Source: Lingula anatina
Taxonomy: Eukaryota > Animalia > Brachiopoda
DNA length: 64,000 nt
Reading direction: 5' to 3'
Assembly: GCA_051362555.1 (NCBI GenBank)
Contig: CM120647.1
Coordinates: 10,516,651-10,580,650, forward strand
Shown one piece after another: positions 12,399-25,100 of this stretch. The notes under the pieces are model-generated. The model saw nothing but the letters and a program-made list of their open reading frames with translations, did no database searches and was not told where the DNA came from. Position 1 is the stretch's first letter. Every line of letters begins with the position of its first letter. The translations under genes and the position numbers were made by a program.

Positions 12399-15300
12399 GT
12401 GTGTGTTTGGTCATTTGTAGTGAGGGTAAAGTGCTGGAAGAGTGATTGTGTCATTATTTAGGAAGAAACAGAGCAAAAACTCTCTCCACCCCCCCTCTCT
12501 CCAAATCCTGTTCTCAGGTGTGCTTTCTGGCAATCTTTAAAGCTGAAATTGGGGGCTTTAATGAAGTGACCCGGGCGCGTTTCCACATTTTTTATGAATG
12601 TCAGGTGTGGTAAATTAATTTTCATCACTTTTTGGAAAAATTGGTGACGGGTCATTTTTGGGTGATTTTGACAGATTTTCGTAAGGTCCAGATATGGCAG
12701 TTTTCTTCAATTTTGGCCAGGTAGGGATGAAAAATTTTTTTCTTCAATATTGTGTCAGGTGTGTGTGTTTGGTCATTTGTAGTGAGGGTAAAGTGCTGGA
12801 AGAGTGATTGTGTCATTATTTAGGAAGAAATAGAGCAAAAACTCTCTCCACCCCCCCTCTCTCCAAATCCTGTTCTCAGGTGTGCTTTCTGGCAATCTTT
12901 AAAGCTGAAATTGGGGGCTTTAATGAAGTGACCCGGGCGCGTTTCCACATTTTTTATGAATGTCAGGTGTGGTAAATTAATTTTCATCACTTTTTGGAAA
13001 AATTGGTGACGGGTCATTTTTGGGTGATTTTGAGAGATTTTCGCAAGGTCCGGATATGGCAGTTTTCTTCAATTTTGGCCAGGTAGGGATGAAAAATTTT
13101 TTTCTTCAATATTGTGTCAGGTGTGTGTGTTTGGTCATTTGTAGTGAGGGTAAAGTGCTGGAAGAGTGATTGTGTCATTATTTAGGAAGAAATAGAGCAA
13201 AAACTCTCTCCACCCCCCCTCTCTCCAAATCCTGTTCTCAGGTGTGCTTTCTGGCAATCTTTAAAGCTGAAATTGGGGGCTTTAATGAAGTGACCCGGGC
13301 GCGTTTCCACATCTTTTATGAATGTCAGGTGTGGTAAATTAATTTTCATCACTTTTTGGAAAAATTGGTGACGGGTCATTTTTGGGTGATTTTGAGAGAT
13401 TTTCGTAAGGTCTGGATATGGCAGTTTTCTTCAATTTTGGCCAGGTAGGGATGAAAAATTTTTTTCTTCAATATTGTGTCAGGTGTGTGTGTTTGGTCAT
13501 TTGTAGTGAGGGTAAAGTGCTGGAAGAGTGATTGTGTCATTATTTAGGAAGAAATAGAGCAAAAACTCTCTCCACCCCCCTCTCTCCAAATCCTGTTCTC
13601 AGGTGTGCTTTCTGGCAATCTTTAAAGCTGAAATTGGGGGCTTTAATGAAGTGACCCGGGCGCGTTTCCACATTTTTTATGAATGTCAGGTGTGGTAAAT
13701 TAATTTTCATCACTTTTTGGAAAAATTGGTGACGGGTCATTTTGTGGGTGATTTTGAGAGATTTTCGTAAGGTCCGGATATGGCAGTTTTCTTCAATTTT
13801 GGCCAGGTAGGGATGAAAAATTTTTTTCTTCAATATTGTGTCAGGTGTGTGTGTTTGGTCATTTGTAGTGAGGGTAAAGTGCTGGAAGAGTGATTGTGTC
13901 ATTATTTAGGAAGAAATAGAGCAAAAACTCTCTCCACCCCCCCTCTCTCCAAATCCTGTTCTCAGGTGTGCTTTCTGGCAATCTTTAAAGCTGAAATTGG
14001 GGGCTTTAATGAAGTGACCCGGGCGCGTTTCCACATTTTTTATGAATGTCAGGTGTGGTAAATTAATTTTCATCACTTTTTGGAAAAATTGGTGACGGGT
14101 CATTTTTGGGTGATTTTGAGAGATTTTCGTAAGGTCCGGATATGGCAGTTTTCTTCAATTTTGGCCAGGTAGGGATGAAAAATTTTTTCTTCAATATTGT
14201 GTCAGGTGTGTGTGTTTGGTCATTTGTAGTGAGGGTAAAGTGCTGGAAGAGTGATTGTGTCATTATTTAGGAAGAAATAGAGCAAAAACTCTCTCCACCC
14301 CCCCTCTCTCCAAATCCTGTTCTCAGGTGTGCTTTCTGGCAATCTTTAAAGCTGAAATTGGGGGGCTTTAATGAAGTGACCCGGGCGCGTTTCCACATTT
14401 TTTATGAATGTCAGGTGTGGTAAATTAATTTTCATCACTTTTTGGAAAAATTGGTGACGGGTCATTTTGGGTGATTTTGAGAGATTTTCGTAAGGTCCGG
14501 ATATGGCAGTTTTCTTCAATTTTGGCCAGGTAGGGATGAAAAATTTTTTTCTTCAATATTGTGTCAGGTGTGTGTGTTTGGTCATTTGTAGTGAGGGTAA
14601 AGTGCTGGAAGAGTGATTGTGTCATTATTTAGGAAGAAATAGAGCAAAAAACTCTCTCCACCCCCCCTCTCTCCAAATCCTGTTCTCAGGTGTGCTTTCT
14701 GGCAATCTTTAAAGCTGAAATTGGGGCTTTAATGAAGTGACCCGGGCGCGTTTCCACATTTTTTATGAATGTCAGGTGTGGTAAATTAATTTTCATCACT
14801 TTTTGGAAAAATTGGTGACGGGTCATTTTTGGGTGATTTTGAGAGATTTTCGTAAGGTCCGGATATGGCAGTTTTCTTCAATTTTGGCCAGGTAGGGATG
14901 AAAAATTTTTTTCTTCAATATTGTGTCAGGTGTGTGTGTTTGGTCATTTGTAGTGAGGGTAAAGTGCTGGAAGAGTGATTGTGTCATTATTTAGGAAGAA
15001 ATAGAGCAAAACTCTCTCCACCCCCCCTCTCTCCAAATCCTGTTCTCAGGTGTGCTTTCTGGGCAATCTTTAAAGCTGAAATTGGGGGCTTTAATGAAGT
15101 GACCCGGGCGCGTTTCCACATTTTTTTATGAATGTCAGGTGTGGTAAATTAATTTTCATCACTTTTTGGAAAAATTGGTGACGGGTCATTTTTGGGTGAT
15201 TTTGAGAGATTTTTCGTAAGGTCCGGATATGGCAGTTTTCTTCAATTTTGGCCAGGTAGGGATGAAAAATTTTTTTCTTCAATATTGTGTCAGGTGTGTG

Positions 15301-15659
15301 TGTTTGGTCATTTGTAGTGAGGGTAAAGTGCTGGAAGAGTGATTGTGTCATTATTTAGGAAGAAATAGAGCAAAAACTCTCTCCACCCCCCCTCTCTCCA
15401 AATCCTGTTCTCAGGTGTGCTTTCTGGCAATCTTTAAAGCTGAAATTGGGGGCTTTAATGAAGTGACCCGGGCGCGTTTCCACATTTTTTATGAATGTCA
15501 GGTGTGGTAAATTAATTTTCATCACTTTTTGGAAAAATTGGTGACGGGTCATTTTTGGGTGATTTTGAGAGATTTTCGTAAGGTCCGGATATGGCAGTTT
15601 TCTTCAATTTTGGCCAGGTAGGGATGAAAAATTTTTTTCTTCAATATTGTGTCAGGTGT
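12399..15659 (+). repeat. Variant subfamily block: 10 consecutive monomers with caggtgtgtgtgt in place of caggtaggtgtgt
   Basis: The AG>GT change is first seen at 12399-12400 and last at 15658-15659, and is present in every monomer between. Flanking monomers carry the consensus. Confidence 0.95.
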
Positions 15660-16123
15660 GTGTGTTTGGTCATTTGTAGTGAGGGTAAAGTGCTGGAAGA
15701 GTGATTGTGTCATTATTTAGGAAGAAATAGAGCAAAAACTCTCTCCACCCCCCCTCTCTCCAAATCCTGTTCTCAGGTGTGCTTTCTGGCAATCTTTAAA
15801 GCTGAAATTGGGGGCTTTAATGAAGTGACCCGGGCGCGTTTCCACATTTTTTATGAATGTCAGGTGTGGTAAATTAATTTTCATCACTTTTTGGAAAAAT
15901 TGGTGACGGGTCATTTTTGGGTGATTTTGAGAGATTTTCGTAAGGTCCGGATATGGCAGTTTTCTTCAATTTTGGCCAGGTAGGGATGAAAAATTTTTTT
16001 CTTCAATATTGTGTCAGGTAGGTGTGTTTGGTCATTTGTAGTGAGGGTAAAGTGCTGGAAGAGTGATTGTGTCATTATTTAGGAAGAAATAGAGCAAAAA
16101 CTCTCTCCACCCCCCCTCTCTCC

Positions 16124-16155
16124 AAATCCTGTTCTCAGGAAATCCTGTTCTCAGG
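16124..16155 (+). repeat. 16-bp tandem duplication inside one monomer
   Basis: aaatcctgttctcagg at 16124-16139 is repeated at 16140-16155. Confidence 0.93.
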
Positions 16156-19100
16156 TGTGCTTTCTGGCAATCTTTAAAGCTGAAATTGGGGGCTTTAATG
16201 AAGTGACCCGGGCGCGTTTCCACATTTTTTATGAATGTCAGGTGTGGTAAATTAATTTTCATCACTTTTTGGAAAAATTGGTGACGGGTCATTTTTGGGT
16301 GATTTTGAGAGATTTTCGTAAGGTCCGGATATGGCAGTTTTCTTCAATTTTGGCCAGGTAGGGATGAAAAATTTTTTTTCTTCAATATTGTGTCAGGTAG
16401 GTGTGTTTGGTCATTTGTAGTGAGGGTAAAGTGCTGGAAGAGTGATTGTGTCATTATTTAGGAAGAAATAGAGCAAAAACTCTCTCCACCCCCCCTCTCT
16501 CCAAATCCTGTTCTCAGGTGTGCTTTCTGGCAATCTTTAAAGCTGAAATTGGGGGCTTTAATGAAGTGACCCGGGCGCGTTTCCACATTTTTTATGAATG
16601 TCAGGTGTGGTAAATTAATTTTCATCACTTTTTGGAAAAATTGGTGACGGGTCATTTTTGGGTGATTTTGAGAGATTTTCGTAAGGTCCGGATATGGCAG
16701 TTTTCTTCAATTTTGGCCAGGTAGGGATGAAAAATTTTTTTCTTCAATATTGTGTCAGGTAGGTGTGTTTGGTCATTTGTAGTGAGGGTAAAGTGCTGGA
16801 AGAGTGATTGTGTCATTATTTAGGAAGAAATAGAGCAAAAACTCTCTCCACCCCCCCCTCTCTCCAAATCCTGTTCTCAGGTGTGCTTTCTGGCAATCTT
16901 TAAAGCTGAAATTGGGGGCTCTAATGAAGTGACCCGGGCGCGTTTCCACATTTTTTATGAATGTCAGGTGTGGTAAATTAATTTTCATCACTTTTTGGAA
17001 AAATTGGTGACGGGTCATTTTTGGGTGATTTTGAGAGATTTTCGTAAGGTCTGGATATGGCAGTTTTCTTCAATTTTGGCCAGGTAGGGATGAAAAATTT
17101 TTTTCTTCAATATTGTGTCAGGTAGGTGTGTTTGGTCATTTGTAGTGAGGGTAAAGTGCTGGAAGAGTGATTGTGTCATTATTTAGGAAGAAATAGAGCA
17201 AAAACTCTCTCCACCCCCCCTCTCTCCCTAATCCTGTTCTCAGGTGTGCTTTCTGGCAATCTTTAAAGCTGAAATTGGGGGCTTAAAGAAGTGACCCGGG
17301 CGCGTTTCCACATTTTTTATGAATGTCAGGTGTGGTAAATTAATTTTCATCACTTTTTGGAAAATTGGTGACGGGTCATTTTTGGGTGATTTTGAGAGAT
17401 TTTCGTAAGGTCCGGATATGGCAGTTTTTTCAATTTTGGCCAGGTAGGGATGAAAAATTTTTTCTTCAATATTGTGTCAGGTAGGTGTGTTTGGTCATTT
17501 GTAGTGAGGGTAAAGTGCTGGAAGAGTGATTGTGTCATTATTTAGGAAGAAATAGAGCAAAAACTCTCTCCACCCCCCCCCTCTCTCCAAATCCTGTTCT
17601 CAGGTGTGCTTTCTGGCAATCTTTAAAGCTGAAATTGGGGGCTTTAATGAAGTGACCCGGGCGCGTTTCCACATTTTTTATGAATGTCAGGTGTGGTAAA
17701 TTAATTTTCATCACTTTTTGGAAAAATTGGTGACGGGTCATTTTTGGGTGATTTTGAGAGATTTTCGTAGGTCCGGATATGGCAGTTTTTTTCAATTTTG
17801 GCCAGGTAGGGATGAAAAATTTTTTTCTTCAATATTGTGTCAGGTAGGTGTGTTTGGTCATTTGTAGTGAGGGTAAAGTGCTGGAAGAGTGATTGTGTCA
17901 TTATTTAGGAAGAAATAGAGCAAAAACTCTCTCCACCCCCCCCTCTCTCCAAATCCTGTTCTCAGTGTGCTTTCTGGCATCTTTAAAGCTGAAATTGGGG
18001 GCTTTAATGAAGTGACCCGGGCGCGTTTCCACATTTTTTATGAATGTCAGGTGTGGTAAATTAATTTTCATCACTTTTGGAAAAATTGGTGACGGGTCAT
18101 TTTTGGGTGATTTTGAGAGATTTTCGTAAGGTCCGGATATGGCAGTTTTTCTTCAATTTTGGCCAGGTAGGGATGAAAAATTTTTTTCTTCAATATTGTG
18201 TCAGGTAGGTGTGTTTGGTCATTTGTAGTGAGGGTAAAGTGCTGGAAGAGTGATTGTGTCATTATTTAGGAAGAAATAGAGCAAAAACTCTCTCCACCCC
18301 CCCTCTCTCCAAATCCTGTTCTCAGGTGTGCTTTCTGGCAATCTTTAAAGCTGAAATTGGGGGCTTTAATGAAGTGACCCGGGCGCGTTTCCACATTTTT
18401 TATGAATGTCAGGTGTGGTAAATTAATTTTCATCACTTTTGGAAAAATTGGTGAAGGGTCATTTTTGGGTGATTTTGAGAGATTTTCGTAAGGTCCGGAT
18501 ATGGCAGTTTTCTTCAATTTTGGCCAGGTAGGGATGAAAAATTTTTTTTCTTCAATATTGTGTCAGGTAGGTGTGTTTGGTCATTTGTAGTATGGGTAAA
18601 GTGCTGGAAGAGTGATTGTGTCATTATTTAGGAAGAAATAGAGCAAAAAACTCTCTCCACCCCCCCTCTCTCCAAATTCTGTTCTCAGGTGTGCTTTCTG
18701 GCAATCTTTAAAGCTGAAATTGGGGGCTTTAATGAAGTGACCCGGGCGCGTTTCCACATTTTTTATGAATGTCAGGTGTGGTAAATTAATTTTCATCACT
18801 TTTTGGAAAAATTGGTGACGGGTCATTTTTGGGTGATTTTGAGAGATTTTCGTAAGGTCCGGATATGGCAGTTTTCTTCAATTTTGGCCAGGTAGGGATG
18901 AAAAATTTTTTTCTTCAATATTGTGTCAGGTAGGTGTGTTTGGTCATTTGTAGTGAGGGTAAAGTGCTGGAAGAGTGATTGTGTCATTATTTAGGAAGAA
19001 ATAGGAGCAAAAAACTCTCTCCACCCCCCCTCTCTCCAAATCCTGTTCTCAGGTGTGCTTTCTGGCAATCTTTAAAGCTGAAATTGGGGGCTTTAATGAA

Positions 19101-22100
19101 GTGACCCGGGCGCGTTTCCACATTTTTTATGAATGTCAGGTGTGGTAAATTAATTTTCATCACTTTTTGGAAAAATTGGTGACGGGTCATTTTTGGGTGA
19201 TTTTGAGAGATTTTCGTAAGGTCCGGATATGGCAGTTTTCTTCAATTTTGGCCAGGTAGGGATGAAAAATTTTTTTCTTCAATATTGTGTCAGGTAGGTG
19301 TGTTTGGTCATTTGTAGTGAGGGTAAAGTGCTGGAAGAGTGATTGGTCATTATTTAGGAAGAAATAGAGCAAAAACTCTCTCCACCCCCCCTCTCTCCAA
19401 ATCCTGTTCTCAGGTGTGCTTTCTGGCAATCTTTAAAGCTGAAATTGGGGGCTTTAATGAAGTGACCCGGGCGCGTTTCCACATTTTTTATGAATGTCAG
19501 GTGTGGTAAATTAATTTTCATCACTTTTTGGAAAAATGGTGACGGGTCATTTTTGGGTGATTTTGAGAGATTTTCGTAAGGTCCGGATATGGCAGTTTTC
19601 TTCAATTTTGGCCAGGTAGGGATGAAAAATTTTTTTCTTCAATATTGTGTCAGGTAGGTGTGTTTGGTCATTTGTAGTATGGGTAAAGTGCTGGAAGAGT
19701 GATTGTGTCATTATTTAGGAAGAAATAGAGCAAAAACTCTCTCCACCCCCCCTCTCTCCAAATCCTGTTCTCAGGTGTGCTTTCTGGCAATCTTTAAAGC
19801 TGAAATTGGGGGCTTTAATGAAGTGACCCGGGCGCGTTTCCACATTTTTTATGAATGTCAGGTGTGGTAAATTAATTTTCATCACTTTTTGGAAAAATTG
19901 GTGACGGGTCATTTTTGGGTGATTTTGAGAGATTTTCGTAAGGTCCGGATATGGCAGTTTTCTTCAATTTTGGCCAGGTAGGGATGAAAAATTTTTTTCT
20001 TCAATATTGTGTCAGGTAGGTGTGTTTGGTCATTTGTAGTGAGGGTAAAGTGCTGGAAGAGTGATTGTGTCATTATTTAGGAAGAAATAGAGCAAAAACT
20101 CTCTCCACCCCCCTCTCTCCAAATCCTGTTCTCAGGTGTGCTTTCTGGCAATCTTTAAAGCTGAAATTGGGGGCTTTAATGAAGTGACCCGGGCGCGTTT
20201 CCACATTTTTTATGAATGTCAGGTGTGGTAAATTAATTTTCATCACTTTTTGGAAAAATTGGTGACGGGTCATTTTTGGGTGATTTTGAGAGATTTTCGT
20301 AAGGTCCGGATATGGCAGTTTCTTCAATTTTGGCCAGGTAGGGATGAAAAATTTTTTTCTTCAATATTGTGTCAGGTAGGTGTGTTTGGTCATTTGTAGT
20401 GAGGGTAAAGTGCTGGAAGAGTGATTGTGTCATTATTTAGGAAGAAATAGAGCAAAAACTCTCTCCACCCCCCCTCTCTCCAAATCCTGTTCTCAGGTGT
20501 GCTTTCTGGCAATCTTTAAAGCTGAAATTGGGGGCTTTAATGAAGTGACCCGGGCGCGTTTCCACATTTTTTATGAATGTCAGGTGTGGTAAATTATTTT
20601 CATCACTTTTTGGAAAAATTGGTGACGGGTCATTTTTGGGTGATTTTGAGAGATTTTCGTAAGGTCCGGATATGGCAGTTTTCTTCAATTTTGGCCAGGT
20701 AGGGATGAAAAATTTTTTTCTTCAATATTGTGTCAGGTAGGTGTGTTTGGTCATTTGTAGTGAGGGTAAAGTGCTGGAGAGTGATTGTGTCATTATTTAG
20801 GAAGAAATAGAGCAAAAAACTCTCTCCACCCCCCCTCTCTTCCAAATCCTGTTCTCAGGTGTGCTTTCTGGCAATTTTAAAGCTGAAATTGGGGGCTTTA
20901 ATGAAGTGACCCGGGCGCGTTTCCACATTTTTTATGAATGTCAGGTGTGGTAAATTAATTTTCATCACTTTTTGGAAAAATTGGTGACGGGTCATTTTTG
21001 GGTGATTTTGAGAGATTTTCGTAAGGTCCGGATATGGCAGTTTTCTTCAATTTTGGCCAGGTAGGGATGAAAATTTTTTCTTCAATATTGTGTCAGGTAG
21101 GTTTGCATTTAGTGAGGGTAAAGTGCTGGAAGAGTGGTGTCATTATTTAGGAAGAAATAGAGCAAAAACTCTCTCCACCCCCCCTCTCTCCAAATCCTGT
21201 TCTCAGGTGTGCTTTCTGGCAATCTTTAAAGCTGAAATGGGGGCTTTAATGAAGTGACCCGGGCGCGTTTCCACATTTTTTATGAATGTCAGGTGTGGTA
21301 AATTAATTTTCATCACTTTTTGGAAAAATTGGTGACGGGTCATTTTTGGGTGATTTTGAGAGATTTTCGTAAGGTCCGGATATGGCAGTTTTCTTCAATT
21401 TTGGCCAGGTAGGATGAAAAAATTTTTTTCTTCAATATTGTGTCAGGTAGGTGTGTTTGGTCATTTGTAGTGAGGGTAAAGTGCTGAAGAGTGATTGTGT
21501 CATTATTTAGGAAGAAATAGAGCAAAAAACTCTCTCCACCCCCCCTCTCTCCAAATCCTGTTCTCAGGTGTGCTTTCTGGCAATCTTTAAAGCTGAAATT
21601 GGGGGCTTTAATGAAGTGACCCGGGCGCGTTTCCACATTTTTTATGAATGTCAGGTGTGGTAAATTAATTTTCATCACTTTTTGGAAAAATTGGTGACGG
21701 GTCATTTTTGGGTGATTTTGAGAGATTTTTCGTAAGGTCCGGATATGGCAGTTTTCTTCAATTTTGGCCAGGTAGGGATGAAAAATTTTTTTCTTCAATA
21801 TTGTGTCAGGTAGGTGTGTTTGGTCATTTGTAGTGAGGGTAAAGTGCTGGAAGAGTGATTGTGTCATTATTTAGGAAGAAATAGAGCAAAAACTCTCTCC
21901 ACCCCCCCCTCTCTCCAAATCCTGTTCTCAGGTGTGCTTTCTGGCAATCTTTAAAGCTGAAATTGGGGGCTTTAATGAAGTGACCCGGGCGCGTTTCCAC
22001 ATTTTTTATGAATGTCAGGTGTGGTAAATTAATTTTCATCACTTTTTGGAAAAATTGGTGACGGGTCATTTTTGGGTGATTTTGAGAGATTTTCGTAAGG

Positions 22101-25100
22101 TCCGATTATGGCAGTTTTCTTCAATTTTGGCCAGGTAGGGATGAAAAATTTTTTCTTCAATATTGTGTCAGGTAGGTGTGTTTGGTCATTTGTAGTGAGG
22201 GTAAAGTGCTGGAAGAGTGATTGTGTCATTATTTAGGAAGAAATAGAGCAAAAACTCTCTCCACCCCCCCTCTCTCCAAATCCTGTTCTCAGGTGTGCTT
22301 TCTGGCAATCTTTAAAGCTGAAATTGGGGGCTTTAATGAAGTGACCCGGGCGCGTTTCCACATTTTTTATGAATGTCAGGTGTGGTAAATTAATTTTCAT
22401 CACTTTTTGGAAAAATTGGTGACGGGTCATTTTTGGGTGATTTTGAGAGATTTTCGTAAGGTCCGGATATGGCAGTTTTCTTCAATTTTGGCCAGGTAGG
22501 GATGAAAAATTTTTTTCTTCAATATTGTGTCAGGTAGGTGTGTTTGGTCATTTGTAGTGAGGGTAAAGTGCTGGAAGAGTGATTGTGTCATTATTTAGGA
22601 AGAAATAGAGCAAAAACTCTCTCCACCCCCCCTCTCTCCAAATCCTGTTCTCAGGTGTGCTTTCTGGCAATCTTTAAAGCTGAAATTGGGGGCTTTAATG
22701 AAGTGACCCGGGCGCGTTTCCACATTTTTTATGAATGTCAGGGTGTGGTAAATTAATTTTCATCACTTTTGGAAAAATTGGTGACGGGTCATTTTTGGGT
22801 GATTTTGAGAGATTTTTCGTAAGGTCCGATATGGCAGTTTTCTTCAATTTTGGCCAGGTAGGGATGAAAAATTTTTTTCTTCAATATTGTGTCAGGTAGG
22901 TGTGTTTGGTCATTTGTAGTGAGGGTAAAGTGCTGGAAGAGTGATTGTGTCATTATTTAGGAAGAAATAGAGCAAAAACTCTCTCCCCCCCCCTCTCTCC
23001 AAATCCTGTTCTCAGGTGTGCTTTCTGGCAATCTTTAAAGCTGAAATTGGGGGCTTTAATGAAGTGACCCGGGCGCGTTTCCACATTTTTTATGAATGTT
23101 AGGTGTGGTAAATTAATTTTCATCACTTTTTGGAAAAATTGGTGACGGGTCATTTTTGGGTGATTTTGAGAGATTTTCGTAAGGTCCGGATATGGCAGTT
23201 TTCTTCAATTTTGGCCAGGTAGGGATGAAAATTTTTTTCTTCAATATTGTGTCAGGTAGGTGTGTTTGGTCATTTGTAGTGAGGGTAAAGTGCTGGAAGA
23301 GTGATTGTGTCATTATTTAGGAAGAAATAGAGCAAAAACTCTCTCCACCCCCCCTCTCTCCAAATCCTGTTCTCAGGTGTGCTTTCTGGCAATCTTTAAA
23401 GCTAAAATTGGGGGCTTTAATGAAGTGACCCGGGCGCGTTTCCACATTTTTTATGAATGTCAGGTGTGGTAAATTAATTTTCATCACTTTTTGGAAAAAT
23501 TGGTGACGGGTCATTTTTGGGTGATTTTGAGAGATTTTCGTAAGGTCCGGATATGGCAGTTTTCTTCAATTTTGGCCAGGTAGGGATGAAAAATTTTTTT
23601 CTTCAATATTGTGTCAGGTAGGTGTGTTTGGTCATTTGTAGTGAGGGTAAAGTGCTGGAAGAGTGATTGTGTCATTATTTAGGAAGAAATAGAGCAAAAA
23701 CTCTCTCCACCCCCCCTCTCTCCAAATCCTGTTCTCAGGTGTGCTTTCTGGCAATCTTTAAAGCTGAAATTGGGGGCTTTAATGAAGTGACCCGGGCGCG
23801 TTTCCACATTTTTTATGAATGTCAGGTGTGGTAAATTAATTTTCATCACTTTTTGGAAAAATTGGTGACGGGTCATTTTTGGGTGATTTTGAGAGATTTT
23901 CGTAAGGTCCGGATATGGCAGTTTTCTTCAATTTTGGCCAGGTAGGGATGAAAAATTTTTTTCTTCAATATTGTGTCAGGTAGGTGTGTTTGGTCATTTG
24001 TAGTGAGGGTAAAGTGCTGGAAGAGTGATTGTGTCATTATTTAGGAAGAAATAGAGCAAAAACTCTCTCCACCCCCCCCTCTCTCCAAATCCTGTTCTCA
24101 GGTGTGCTTTCTGGCAATCTTTAAAGCTGAAATTGGGGGCTTAATGAAGTGACCCGGGCGCGTTTCCACATTTTTTATGAATGTCAGGGTGTGGTAAATT
24201 AATTTTCATCACTTTTTGGAAAAATTGGTGACGGGTCATTTTTGGGTGATTTTGAGAGATTTTCGTAAGGTCCGGATATGGCAGTTTTCTTCAATTTTGG
24301 CCAGGTAGGGATGAAAAATTTTTTTCTTCAATATTGTGTCAGGTAGGTGTGTTTGGTCATTTGTAGTGAGGGTAAAGTGCTGGAAGAGTGATTGTGTCAT
24401 TATTTAGGAAGAAATAGAGCAAAAACTCTCTCCACCCCCCCTCTCTCCAAATCCTGTTCTCAGGTGTGCTTTCTGGCAATCTTTAAAGCTGAAATTGGGG
24501 GCTTTAATGAAGTGACCCGGGCGCGTTTCCACATTTTTTATGAATGTCAGGTGTGGTAAATTAATTTTCATCACTTTTTGGAAAAATTGGTGACGGGTCA
24601 TTTTTGGGTGATTTTGAGAGATTTTCGTAAGGTCCGGATATGGCAGTTTTCTTCAATTTTGGCCAGGTAGGGATGAAAAATTTTTTTCTTCAATATTGTG
24701 TCAGGTAGGTGTGTTTGGTCATTTGTAGTGAGGGTAAGTGCTGGAAGTGTGATTGTGTCATTATTTAGGAAGAAATAGAGCAAAAACTCTCTCCACCCCC
24801 CCTCTCTCCAAATCCTGTTCTCAGGTGTGCTTTCTGGCAATCTTTAAAGCTGAAATTGGGGGCTTTAATGAAGTGACCCGGGCGCGTTTCTACATTTTTT
24901 ATGAATGTCAGGTGTGGTAAATTAATTTTCATCACTTTTTGGAAAAATTGGTGACGGGTCATTTTTGGGTGATTTTGAGAGATTTTCGTAAGGTCCGGAT
25001 ATGGCAGTTTTCTTCAATTTTGGCCAGGTAGGGATGAAAAATTTTTTTCTTCAATATTGTGTCAGGTAGGTGTGTTTGGTCATTTGTAGTGAGGGTAAAG

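Noticed and set aside
21070-21140. Strongly diverged monomer segment as a distinct element or junction
   Set aside because: It is explained by several small deletions of the consensus inside the noisiest tract, most likely read error.
21340-21867. Longer ORFs of 119-175 aa (also 7031-7390 and 13540-13902)
   Set aside because: These are fusions of different monomer frames created by 1-bp indels in probable low-quality sequence.
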